A stretch of 46,602 bases of DNA from UHGV virus genome UHGV-0186543; one strand, written 5' to 3'. Position numbers and translations under genes: made by a program. The notes beneath the pieces are model-generated. The model was given only the letters and a program-made list of their open reading frames with translations. It did not search any database and was not told where the DNA came from. Positions 7,782-16,693 of this stretch are shown in pieces (the first letter of the stretch is position 1; every line of letters starts with the position of its first letter). Source of the stretch: a virus.

Positions 7782-9995
7782 ATGACCATTTTTAACGGCT
7801 TGTTAGAAGCGAAAAAAGGCGCGCTCAAAAACGGCGCGATCCCGGCGCTGGCCATCGCCATCGACGCCCCTAACAAAAAAGTTGCCGAGAACATCATCAT
7901 CGGCAAATTGTGGGAAGCCTACCCTGACCACGGCGACAACTATTTCAAACCTAAAATCTGGGAAGATGCCCCGGGCCAACCGCGCCCAGGCGTTGGTGAG
8001 TTTGATGAGACGTTCGCCACAGAACACAGTTTTGATGGCGAAAAATGGGTAGTTAACACCCCCGTTGTAGATAGCGGTTCAGCAGATATCGCACAGGTTA
8101 ACGACCTGATGAAACTGCCGGCTCGTGAACGATTCGCCGCCGTTCTGCTGTTCAGCCACGACGCCAACGAAGTCGACAGTGAATTGCTTGCGCAGACGCG
8201 TGAATACCTGGAGATGCTCGACAACAGTGATACTGACAGTGAGGATGAGGTTGACGCATTTAACCGCATCGTTCTTGATGCCATGGTGGCGTGTAAGCCC
8301 ATCGAGTACATGCATATTGCTGGATTGAATAATCTGGTACATGCAATTTTGGCAAGTTGCGATACCCAGGAACAAAACCCGACCAGTTGGACTATCTCCA
8401 AATTTATAAAAAAATGGGTAGAGAATCCCGGTAAACGCGATGAAATGCTGCCGGAGGTAAAACCAGAAACAGCATCCGCACGTCCTTACCAACAGACTCA
8501 CGCCACACTGGATCGTGAAATTGCCTGCGCCCTGTTACCCGTTGGCCCGGAAAAAATCACCCCCAGCGTCCTGAAAGCGGCAGACGAAATAATCAGCCAG
8601 GATCGGGAGGATTTTAAACGCTGGTCAATGGCCTTGCGCACAACGGATCAGATCCTTGCCTATGACCGCGCATCAGTATTCGGTGTTATTCAGAGCGCCC
8701 CCGCAAAAGACACGTACCACTTCCCACAATCCCTGCGCAGTCACATCGACAACTGGCTGCAAGCTAACGGGCAGCGTGATGCAAATGCTGTTGAAGAGAA
8801 GCCAAAGGAAGCAGCACCAAAGGATGATGTAAAAGTCACCAACCACGGCGGCGGACGATTCTCAATTGATGGGATGATGTCAGAAACACCCTCAAATCAT
8901 GGCGAAAAAAGCGAAGCTGCAAATGCTGGAGAACGTAGTTTGCAGCAGTTGCGTGAGCGGTTTGTCACGCCTCGCCATGTGTATGACGTACCTGAAAATA
9001 ACGCCGTCTCACAGAGGGAACCTACAGCTATTACCCCGGCAGAAGAGACTCCTCCACAAGAAAAACTTAGCGAGCAGGTAAAGGATCTGGTGCAGAACGT
9101 TGACGCGCTGGTTGAGCGGATCCATACCGAAGAGCACAAGCGGCAGAATGCAATCTCAGCTATCGAAACGGAGTTAAAGGACTCCGACGACACAGATAAC
9201 CTGGCATTGTGGAAGAACGTATTCAAAACCGATGAGCGCTTCACCAGTGCTTTCTCTCAGAACGGCGGCGGCACATCCATCAACGGCACTTATATAGCGA
9301 TGAAAGCGACTCGCGAATTTGGGCCGTTTGGTATTGGCTGGGGTGTAGAGGTGGTGGAAGAGCGTTTTGATAAAGGCGCACCGATAGTTCGCAAAAAACA
9401 GGTTGGTGAAAAAATAGAATGGGATCTGATTCAAGACGGTGTTGGCGGGTACCTATGTGAAATGCACCACACCATGAAAGTTAGAGTCTGGTACATATTG
9501 AATGGAGTGCGCGGTGAGTCCGAGGCTTACGGATGCACACCTTATATCTACGACACTAAATACGGACCAACAAGCGACGGCGAAGCGCCGAAGAAATCCT
9601 GGACGGATGCTGTTAAGAAAGCGCTATCCCCTCTCGGATTCAGCGCCGATATTTTCATGGGCCTGTACGACAATCCGGAATACCGCCAGAGGAATAAAGC
9701 TGAGTTTGATATCAAGAATGCCAGCGAGAATGCGGAAGATGCTACCCGTCTGCGTAAGGAACTGGATGAGAAGCTTATCAACGTTGCCAATACGCTGGCC
9801 TCCGCGGTAACCACTAACGAAGTAAACAAGGTATTTGGCCTCATCGCCCGCGAAGTGGATGTACACCGAAAAGCAGCAGAAGCCAAAGGCGATAAAGAAT
9901 ATTCATCGTATCTGGGATCGCGCCTGCGCCGTATCACCGACATCAAAACTGAACGCCTCGCCGCCCTCACCGCTGCACAGGAGCAAACCGCATGA
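7782..9995 (+). CDS. large protein with C-terminal Rad52/Sak-like single-strand annealing domain and long acidic N-terminal extension
   Basis: 737-aa ORF; C-terminal segments REFGPFGIGWGVEV and KKSWTDAVKKALSPLGFSADIFMGLYD parallel Rad52 N-domain motifs (NEMFGYNGW; KEAVTDGLKRAL..FG) recalled from memory; preceded by conserved TAATGAGGAAAGACC translation-initiation element. Confidence 0.55.
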   Translation: MTIFNGLLEAKKGALKNGAIPALAIAIDAPNKKVAENIIIGKLWEAYPDHGDNYFKPKIWEDAPGQPRPGVGEFDETFATEHSFDGEKWVVNTPVVDSGSADIAQVNDLMKLPARERFAAVLLFSHDANEVDSELLAQTREYLEMLDNSDTDSEDEVDAFNRIVLDAMVACKPIEYMHIAGLNNLVHAILASCDTQEQNPTSWTISKFIKKWVENPGKRDEMLPEVKPETASARPYQQTHATLDREIACALLPVGPEKITPSVLKAADEIISQDREDFKRWSMALRTTDQILAYDRASVFGVIQSAPAKDTYHFPQSLRSHIDNWLQANGQRDANAVEEKPKEAAPKDDVKVTNHGGGRFSIDGMMSETPSNHGEKSEAANAGERSLQQLRERFVTPRHVYDVPENNAVSQREPTAITPAEETPPQEKLSEQVKDLVQNVDALVERIHTEEHKRQNAISAIETELKDSDDTDNLALWKNVFKTDERFTSAFSQNGGGTSINGTYIAMKATREFGPFGIGWGVEVVEERFDKGAPIVRKKQVGEKIEWDLIQDGVGGYLCEMHHTMKVRVWYILNGVRGESEAYGCTPYIYDTKYGPTSDGEAPKKSWTDAVKKALSPLGFSADIFMGLYDNPEYRQRNKAEFDIKNASENAEDATRLRKELDEKLINVANTLASAVTTNEVNKVFGLIAREVDVHRKAAEAKGDKEYSSYLGSRLRRITDIKTERLAALTAAQEQTA

Positions 9996-10561
9996 GCACC
10001 GCTATCGCTATTGCAAAAGAATATGCCAGCCTGATTGACCTGCTGGAAACCTCCGACGAACTGACGCCAGAGATGATCGCCGACACGCTTGAAGGTATGG
10101 AAGGAGAACTGGGAGACAAACTGGACGCCATGATGGTCATCTGCCGCAATTTACAGGGCAATGCCAATACCTGCGCTGAAGAAATGTCTCGCCTGGCTAC
10201 CCGTAAGACGTCCTTTGAAGACAAGGAAAAAGCAATCCGAAAGCATATGCTCGCCTGCATGCAAGCTGCTGGCCTGGATAAACTGAAAACCGCAAAAAAC
10301 ACATTTACTGATGCACAGGGGGCTATCTGGGTAATTATCGATAGCAAAGATAAGATCCCGGATGAGTATGAAGGCGTGTCACTTGTTGATGTAGAAACGG
10401 TTATTACACCAAACAAGCGAGCCATTAAAGAAGTGATTGAATCTGCGGAGGCGGTTGCCGCCGAAATACTGGCGCGTGGAGAAACACCACCAGCCGAGTT
10501 ATTAAACCCGGTACCAGGCGCACATCTGGAACGCGGCGAACGTTCACTGAGGGTACGCTAA
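9992..10561 (+). CDS. Gp157-like protein (recombinase-associated family), tentative
   Basis: 189-aa ORF overlapping stop of the annealing-protein gene; size and position match Gp157-family proteins that accompany Sak/Erf recombinases. Confidence 0.35.
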   Translation: MSTAIAIAKEYASLIDLLETSDELTPEMIADTLEGMEGELGDKLDAMMVICRNLQGNANTCAEEMSRLATRKTSFEDKEKAIRKHMLACMQAAGLDKLKTAKNTFTDAQGAIWVIIDSKDKIPDEYEGVSLVDVETVITPNKRAIKEVIESAEAVAAEILARGETPPAELLNPVPGAHLERGERSLRVR

Positions 10562-10743
10562 TGCTTAAACTCACATTAAAGCGTGGTGACGCGGTTCACC
10601 TGGTACTTGCCGATGGAACCAACGGCATTATTGAAGCACGGAGCCGCTGCGAACTTGGGCTACACCTGCCAGAAAACATTAAGGTCACTCGGGAGAAATC
10701 GGCATTCCCCCCACCAGAACTGATTACGCCTAATCAGAAATAA
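10561..10743 (+). CDS. hypothetical small protein
   Basis: 60-aa ORF; start overlaps stop of upstream gene (TAATG). Confidence 0.35.
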   Translation: MLKLTLKRGDAVHLVLADGTNGIIEARSRCELGLHLPENIKVTREKSAFPPPELITPNQK

Positions 10744-10792
10744 AAACTCACCATCGCTAGCATTGCGATTCACCAGTAACCGGAGGATCACA

Positions 10793-11017
10793 ATGCTGCG
10801 ATGGCAACCGGGAGCAACTCTGCTCTCCGCATTTGATATCAAAATTGGCCGACTGTCGGCCAGCGTCAGGAAACAGGCTGTGACCGAGTCTGATATTGCC
10901 CGTGCCTGCAAGGCGGCAGATGACGCAATAAGCTACATAATGAGGAAAGACCATGAGAAGCGATCACGACATAATCACCAGAGAAGAAATGGTCGAGCTG
11001 ACGGGAAGCCCACTTAA
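10793..11017 (+). CDS. hypothetical small protein (start set at ATG 10793 rather than the TTG at 10763)
   Basis: ATG preceded by CGGAGGA SD; overlaps the following ORF by about 65 nt, so one of the two may be spurious. Confidence 0.3.
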   Translation: MLRWQPGATLLSAFDIKIGRLSASVRKQAVTESDIARACKAADDAISYIMRKDHEKRSRHNHQRRNGRADGKPT

Positions 11018-11216
11018 ATCAAAGCAATGTGAGGCTCTTCGCCGGGCTGGAATTTTCTTCATGGAAAGGGCTGACGGGCACCCAAAAACAACCTGGGGCC
11101 ATTTCATGAACCCAATAAAATTTCGCAATTTACAGGAGGTGACGACGCGAAAAGATGATGAACCTGATTTTGGAGCAATATTTAATGGCCGGAAAGAGAA
11201 AGAACCCAGCAGATAA
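10953..11216 (+). CDS. excisionase-like small DNA-binding protein (DUF4224-like)
   Basis: 87-aa ORF immediately upstream of integrase; motif EEMVELTGSPLKSKQCEALRRAGIFF resembles DUF4224 proteins; preceded by TAATGAGGAAAGACC element. Confidence 0.5.
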   Translation: MRSDHDIITREEMVELTGSPLKSKQCEALRRAGIFFMERADGHPKTTWGHFMNPIKFRNLQEVTTRKDDEPDFGAIFNGRKEKEPSR

Positions 11217-12201
11217 CTGGATGCCGCCTCGTGTTTACCAGGGCAAAGCGGCCTACGAATTCAGGAATAAAGATAACAAAGCGATACGCCTGTGCGCATT
11301 GGATGCGCCACGATCAGCCGTATGGCTGGCATATGAAAAAGCGGTCGGTGACGAAAAAGAAAGAAATACTTTTCAGGCGCTCGCGGAACAATTCATGACC
11401 TCCCCTGATTTTATGGATTTGGCAGTCGAAACCAGGAAAGACTACACAAAATATTCCGGAAAAGTTCTGCCTGTCTTCGGGAAGATCGACCCGGATAAAA
11501 TCAAACCTGAACATATTCGGCGCTATATGGATCAACGCGGTTTATCAAGCCGAACTCAGGCAAACAGGGAAAAAAGCTTTATGTCCAGGGTATTCCGTTG
11601 GGGTTATGAACGAGGTTATGTCCAGAGGAATCCTTGTCAGGGAGTTAAGCAGTTTAAAGAGACAGCACGCGAACGTTATATTACGGATGAAGAATATCAG
11701 GCCGTTTATGAAGTATCTCCTGATGTTGTTCGCGTGGCAATGGAGATTGCCTACTTATGCGTGGCCAGACAGAGTGATGTACTTTCATTGCAGAAAGACC
11801 AGCTGTTCGATTCCGGGATCTACATTCGTCAGGGAAAAACCGGCGTTAAGCAAATCAAAGCCTGGTCGCCTCGTCTGCAGAAAGCGATAGCTCTGGCTCG
11901 TTCTCTGCCATTAAAACCGGGAATCAGTAGCCTGTTTGTGATTCATCAAACTACCGGAGGCAAGTACACCCGTGATGGTTTTAACTCTCGTTGGCGTGAT
12001 GTCAAAGCGGCAGCACAGGAAAAATATCCTCATCTGCAAATAGACTTCACATTTCATGATCTGAAAGCAAAAGGTATCTCTGATCTGGAAGGCAGCCTGG
12101 AAGAGAAGCAAGCAATTTCCGGGCATAAGAACCCACGACAGACAGCAGCATATGACCGAAAAGTTAAAGTAGTGCCCGTAGTTGGTGGCCAGAGAAAATG
12201 A
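11155..12201 (+). CDS. int: tyrosine site-specific integrase (lambda Int family)
   Basis: 348-aa ORF with C-terminal catalytic signature (HDLKAKG ... SGHKNPRQTAAYDR); ends 130 nt from the tRNA-derived att core; start may be later than 11155. Confidence 0.9.
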   Translation: MMNLILEQYLMAGKRKNPADNWMPPRVYQGKAAYEFRNKDNKAIRLCALDAPRSAVWLAYEKAVGDEKERNTFQALAEQFMTSPDFMDLAVETRKDYTKYSGKVLPVFGKIDPDKIKPEHIRRYMDQRGLSSRTQANREKSFMSRVFRWGYERGYVQRNPCQGVKQFKETARERYITDEEYQAVYEVSPDVVRVAMEIAYLCVARQSDVLSLQKDQLFDSGIYIRQGKTGVKQIKAWSPRLQKAIALARSLPLKPGISSLFVIHQTTGGKYTRDGFNSRWRDVKAAAQEKYPHLQIDFTFHDLKAKGISDLEGSLEEKQAISGHKNPRQTAAYDRKVKVVPVVGGQRK

Positions 12202-12262
12202 ATGATGATGCGTCCAGAGAAAAATCATCTTCGGACGCATCTTCGGAAATGAAAAAGAAGAT

Positions 12263-12290
12263 ACAAAAAAACCACCCGAAGGTGGTTTCA
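12263..12290 (-). terminator. putative terminator between att core and int (strongest on minus strand)
   Basis: hairpin ACCACCC-GAA-GGTGGT flanked by A-run on plus strand (U-run on minus). Confidence 0.45.
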
Positions 12291-12331
12291 CGACACTGCT
12301 TATTGCTTTGATTTTATTCTTATCTTTCCCA

Positions 12332-12387
12332 TGGTACCCGGAGCGGGACTTGAACCCGCACAGCGCGAACGCCGAGGGATTTTAAAT
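12332..12387 (-). other. attP core: 3' 56 nt of a tRNA-Leu(UAA) gene (leuZ-type), not a complete tRNA
   Basis: reverse complement reads ATTTAAAATCCCTCGGCGTTCGCGCTGTGCGGGTTCAAGTCCCGCTCCGGGTACCA, matching from anticodon loop to CCA of enterobacterial tRNA-Leu(UAA) as recalled; upstream tRNA half is absent and replaced by AT-rich phage DNA. Confidence 0.75.
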
Positions 12388-12608
12388 TGTTCGTTTTGTG
12401 CAATAAATTCAAATGATTATGGTAAATTATCCGGACATAATGGTGCGTGTGAATATCAAATAATCATATAGTTATGACACGTCTTACTCATCATCTTCTG
12501 AAGGTTTTTGGCAAAAAATGGTGATGTTTTGCGCCTTGATGTGACCAAACAGTCAGGAGCAAAGTGAGGTAAAGGGGTATGAGAAAAACTCACATACCCC
12601 AACACAAA

Positions 12609-13028
12609 TTAAAACGCAGTTGGGTGAATGCCATATTCACCGTTTGATCCATACCCTATGCGATACATCAAAGTACGATCTGTTGTCACCTTGCCCGCCT
12701 GCTCACTCATACCACCGCCACATACCCCTTTAGGCCACGCGCTGAAGACATGATCACCAATCGTTGGGTATACAACGACTTTCTGAGCTGTACCTAAATC
12801 TGCCACCTCTTTACCATCAACATAAACACGGGAAAAGCACGCGCTTCCAAAGAACCCCGAGTCACGCTTGATGATCACCTCTCCCGTACCGTCTCGTTTT
12901 TCGAGTAACACGGTACTGATAATTTGTTTTTCAGGAACAGGAGTGGCTTGTTCATTTGAGACAGGTTTTGTAGCACAACCGACAAGAGCAAGCATAATCC
13001 CACAGGCAAGAGCATTTTTAACGACCAT
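12609..13028 (-). CDS. lipoprotein moron near attP
   Basis: 139-aa ORF with signal peptide and lipobox (LALVGC); SD GGGAG upstream; sits between tail module and att site, the usual position of accessory genes. Confidence 0.55.
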   Translation of the reverse strand: MVVKNALACGIMLALVGCATKPVSNEQATPVPEKQIISTVLLEKRDGTGEVIIKRDSGFFGSACFSRVYVDGKEVADLGTAQKVVVYPTIGDHVFSAWPKGVCGGGMSEQAGKVTTDRTLMYRIGYGSNGEYGIHPTAF

Positions 13029-13194
13029 GTTTGAAAACTCCCAATATTAAAAAATGTCAGCATCTAACGATAACAACGTTCAGCACCAGAGACTCTTCGT
13101 TCTCCGGCTTACGCCTAAAAATATCGCAGGAGCCGTTTGCAGTCGACAGTCGTTAATACTAAATTCATACCCGCCACCGGCTCGCCGAGCCAAT

Positions 13195-14238
13195 TTACTC
13201 CAGAGACAGCCGAACCGAAAAGCCGTTTTCAGCAAGCGTCAGGCTCAGCGTGTTGATAGTCCAGTCCCGGTCCTCCTCGGTCCCGAATCCTTGAGTTGTG
13301 ACTTTGCATTCTGCTGTCAGCGACACTAAATCGAGCGTCGCTGGCGTCGTGTACGTCATAGAGAACTCTTTTTTAGCTGCACCGCCCTTAAGCCCTGGTG
13401 CAGCTTCTTTCGCTGCGTCGAGCGACGGCTCCACTGCTGGCCACTCGATTACAGGATCGCCGCCACTGCCTGTACGCAATTCTTTAATCTGCCCTGTTGC
13501 CGTATCGTGGTATTTGATCAGATACGTCGGCTCCGGATTTTCGCCACCGCCGCCACTATCACCGCTTTGTCCATTTCTCGAATAGCCCCAGCTGGAGTTA
13601 TCACGACGAGTTAGCGTGTAGTGCTGGAGCGGAGCACCGCTAACTGATTCGCCCGCGCCGCGCGGCAGAAATATCCAGTACCCTCCTGCGGGTTTGCTCA
13701 CCGCATCGAATCGTGTTGCTAGTCTCGACATCAGGTGCATATCTGACTCACCGACTTGATCGAGCTGCGTGATAATGTTGTCTGCAAACCGCTTTGATAC
13801 GCGAGGTTTTAGCCCGTTATCGCTCGCTATTGTTGCAACGATATTGCTGACAGTGACGTCGCTCCAGGAGCGAGTTTTTTTGCTCTGAACTGTCGGAGAG
13901 CCTTTTGATGCGTTCATCGGAGCTGCTTTTGCTGTGAAATCAACTACCCGGGGTTCACCGCCACTGCTCGCACCATCAACGATGTATACACCCTTATCAA
14001 TTATCTGATTACCGAAACCGAGCCCAATACTGATTTTTACTCCGCGGGCCGGAATTTTCAGAGTTTCAGAAACGATTGCTACGCGTAATTCGTCTGTCTG
14101 TTTACTCGAACCACCATAATCTGTGAGCGTGATATTGATCAAACCTTTTCTTATTTTATCCGTGATGTTTTCATTATCAGCAGATATATAAAAATTGGGC
14201 TTCCATGCTTCCACGCCAGTATTTACGTAATCACTCAT
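13195..14238 (-). CDS. P2 gpD-like tail protein (late control D family)
   Basis: 347-aa ORF at the distal end of a P2-ordered tail gene block (FI, FII, E, T, U, X, D). Confidence 0.55.
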   Translation of the reverse strand: MSDYVNTGVEAWKPNFYISADNENITDKIRKGLINITLTDYGGSSKQTDELRVAIVSETLKIPARGVKISIGLGFGNQIIDKGVYIVDGASSGGEPRVVDFTAKAAPMNASKGSPTVQSKKTRSWSDVTVSNIVATIASDNGLKPRVSKRFADNIITQLDQVGESDMHLMSRLATRFDAVSKPAGGYWIFLPRGAGESVSGAPLQHYTLTRRDNSSWGYSRNGQSGDSGGGGENPEPTYLIKYHDTATGQIKELRTGSGGDPVIEWPAVEPSLDAAKEAAPGLKGGAAKKEFSMTYTTPATLDLVSLTAECKVTTQGFGTEEDRDWTINTLSLTLAENGFSVRLSLE

Positions 14239-14241
14239 TCA

Positions 14242-14466
14242 TCAATCCCATAATTGCGTTTCTTTTTTAACCGGTTCGGGGTCGATTTCTGGTAAAACAA
14301 TTTTTTCTCCTGCACGAAACACGGCATACATATCCGTTACGCCGTAATTTAAAACCTGATATAACACGGTTTCTGTCGTTTTTGCTGTTCTCCCGTAGAC
14401 AGCAAGGCAGATCTGATCGAGACGGTCACCGTCCCGTGTAGTGTATGTAATCATTTGGGGCCCCAT
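14242..14466 (-). CDS. P2 gpX-like tail protein X
   Basis: 74-aa ORF; GDRLDQICLAVYGRT...TVLYQVL pattern resembles gpX family. Confidence 0.6.
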   Translation of the reverse strand: MGPQMITYTTRDGDRLDQICLAVYGRTAKTTETVLYQVLNYGVTDMYAVFRAGEKIVLPEIDPEPVKKETQLWD

Positions 14467-14485
14467 TAATTAAAAGGATTTCATA

Positions 14486-14620
14486 ATGAGAATTAATTTT
14501 AGTAGTCGGAGAGGTATTAGTATTTCGGCATCAAAAAAAATACCATCAGGTTGTTTTACATTTATGCTCGTAGTTTTTTTTATTATTTTTATACTTGTTA
14601 AGTGCTCTGATAGCGCTTGA
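14486..14620 (+). CDS. small hydrophobic peptide (44 aa) encoded antisense within the tail module; unverified
   Basis: ATG with AAGGA SD 7 nt upstream in a 160-nt AT-rich gap between tail genes; peptide MRINFSSRRGISISASKKIPSGCFTFMLVVFFIIFILVKCSDSA has one predicted TM segment; below the ORF-track length cutoff. Confidence 0.3.
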   Translation: MRINFSSRRGISISASKKIPSGCFTFMLVVFFIIFILVKCSDSA

Positions 14621-14627
14621 TTTTGTA

Positions 14628-15056
14628 TTAATCTAGCGAAGCTCCATAATATTCGAGCGTGAGTGAAAAGTCCTGCGATTTTGGGGTTCCGCCCATCAGA
14701 AAACTGTTTTGCGTTTCTGTTAACTCCCTGATAACCCAGTACCCCTTCACCTCCCCGGTCCCCAGCACCAGTTGCTGGGGTTCTCCCGAGTTCCCCAGTG
14801 CCCGCAAATCTGTTAACAAGCCAATGCCACACCCATCAAGGAATAACGCGTTTATTTTCCCATCGATCGTGATTGTGGGGTTCGGTCGTCCGGTTATCTG
14901 CAATGCGTCGTTTTTCCCGAATCGTGTTTGCTGAGCCCAGCGCCAGGCGTCACTACGTTGCAGTTTGTTGTACGCTACTGTTGATATAGCAAAAATGAAA
15001 TCACCCACGCCCAGCATGATATCCTCAGCACCGTTTATCGCATCACTCATTGTCAC
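14628..15056 (-). CDS. P2 gpU-like tail protein
   Basis: 142-aa ORF immediately downstream of tape measure gene, overlapping it by 4 nt. Confidence 0.5.
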   Translation of the reverse strand: MTMSDAINGAEDIMLGVGDFIFAISTVAYNKLQRSDAWRWAQQTRFGKNDALQITGRPNPTITIDGKINALFLDGCGIGLLTDLRALGNSGEPQQLVLGTGEVKGYWVIRELTETQNSFLMGGTPKSQDFSLTLEYYGASLD

Positions 15057-16693
15057 CCCGCCGCCGCTGGTTTATCAAACATCGCACCACGGTTGTACGA
15101 ACTCGCAACTTGTCTCAGCCCGTCGAGCACACCTGATGCAGCAGCCTGCTGTGTTGATTGTGGATCTGCCGCTCCGATAATATTGATTTCAATTTTATTG
15201 TTTTGCTCTGGCGCTGGAGTTGCGACTGCCTGTCTCAGCGCTTCAATATTCAACGTTGCTGAGTTTTGTGATTCAGGCGTTGAGTCTTTATTTATTAATC
15301 CAGTAAACGGGTTAGCAAATGAGAGCATTGATTCAGCCTGTGATTTTGCAGGCGCAAGACGCTCAGGGTGTCGCATATTATCTACGGCTTCGTCGGCTTT
15401 TGCTTTTGCTACATTATCTGCTGCCAGTCCTGGATTCGGTGAATATTTACCACCACTATCCATGAATTCCTGATACGCTTTATTATATTCTTCGTTATAT
15501 ACGCGCTGTTCCTCGTCTGTTTTCTCGTCCGGAATTAACCACTCAAGTTTTTTTGCTACTGCCCAAATTATTTTTCCGAATTTAACGCAAGCTTCGCCAA
15601 AACTGACTATCCCCTCCCACATTTTTTTCATGCTTTCGGGCTTTACCCACTCAGTAATTGTGTTGACAAATCCGCCCTGATTGTCCTTAAACCATGCTGT
15701 AAATGTTTCGCGTACTGAGTCAAACGTCGGCGCGAGTTCCCCCCCGATTTTACCGAGTGTATCTGCAAGCCCCGACGTAATAGAGCCCCACAGATTTGTC
15801 ACTGATACATGCGCACGCGCCGCTCCTTCCGCACCCTCTTTTGTTAACAGATTCGATTTTTGCGCGTCGGCCATTGTCTGTTCCCAACTTTTACCAGTGG
15901 CCTTCATATACGTCATGATTTTATTAGCTTCGCCCCCCATGAGCTGGTCAGCAAGACTCGCCGCTTGCTTCTCATCTTTCATTTCAGAGATGCGACGCAT
16001 AACCTCATTAAACTGTTTTTCCCGATCCCAGCCAGCCATTCGTTTTTTCGTCAGGCCGATTTGAAACAACATGGGATTCAGGTTTTTTTCGTTTCCGATT
16101 TCGCCGATTTTATTTGTAAGTTCTTCTGACAAATCCCCGATATTTTCGCCGTTAAGCCCGGCTGCTTTACCGATATTGTCCCACGCAGCGTATTTTTCGA
16201 CGCCAACCCCGTAGGACTTCGCCAGACCGAGTTTTTCTGACGTCTCTGCATTCATTGCCAGCGCACCAGCAGCAGCACCGCCGATGAGCCCCGCCGCGCC
16301 AAGTGTCCCCCATTTGATGCCTTTTCCTGTTGCCTTTATCGTTCTTGCAGTCGCTCCACCGCCCCATTTTGCAGCCCCTTTTGCGCGACCCGTCCACTTC
16401 TCCAGCCGTTGTTTTTTAGCAAGCTGAGTATTCAGCGCCTCCTGGTCCTGCGTTGTCGCTTTTATTCGACGGTCCAGCTTTTGATACTGAGCAGATAAAT
16501 CAGAAACGTCTTTACCTGCCAGTTTCATTGCTGCGATTTTGTCTTTTAATTTATCCTGACTTTTCGTTAATTTCCCGACAGTAGACGACGTCTGCCGAAT
16601 CGCATCATTGAGTTCTGTTGTACCGCGACGAAACGACGGGTCTATTCGCCCACCGAATACAACCTGCGTTTTAAAGTTTTGAGAAATAGCCAT
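15053..16693 (-). CDS. tail tape measure protein
   Basis: 546-aa ORF, Gly/Ala-rich and coiled-coil-like; position after tail chaperone gene. Confidence 0.8.
   Translation of the reverse strand: MAISQNFKTQVVFGGRIDPSFRRGTTELNDAIRQTSSTVGKLTKSQDKLKDKIAAMKLAGKDVSDLSAQYQKLDRRIKATTQDQEALNTQLAKKQRLEKWTGRAKGAAKWGGGATARTIKATGKGIKWGTLGAAGLIGGAAAGALAMNAETSEKLGLAKSYGVGVEKYAAWDNIGKAAGLNGENIGDLSEELTNKIGEIGNEKNLNPMLFQIGLTKKRMAGWDREKQFNEVMRRISEMKDEKQAASLADQLMGGEANKIMTYMKATGKSWEQTMADAQKSNLLTKEGAEGAARAHVSVTNLWGSITSGLADTLGKIGGELAPTFDSVRETFTAWFKDNQGGFVNTITEWVKPESMKKMWEGIVSFGEACVKFGKIIWAVAKKLEWLIPDEKTDEEQRVYNEEYNKAYQEFMDSGGKYSPNPGLAADNVAKAKADEAVDNMRHPERLAPAKSQAESMLSFANPFTGLINKDSTPESQNSATLNIEALRQAVATPAPEQNNKIEINIIGAADPQSTQQAAASGVLDGLRQVASSYNRGAMFDKPAAAG

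Noticed and set aside
12332-12387. Complete tRNA-Leu gene
   Set aside because: Only the 3' part from the anticodon loop to CCA is present; the 5' half is replaced by unrelated AT-rich sequence, so it is annotated as an att core, not a functional tRNA.
14470-14832. 120-aa ORF on the minus strand overlapping the gpU-like gene
   Set aside because: Overlaps a better-supported tail gene in another frame and starts within the AT-rich gap; likely spurious.
16167-16397. Arg/Cys/Trp-rich 76-aa ORF antisense inside the tape measure gene, and similar antisense ORFs within head and tail genes
   Set aside because: Compositionally implausible and embedded in strongly supported structural genes.
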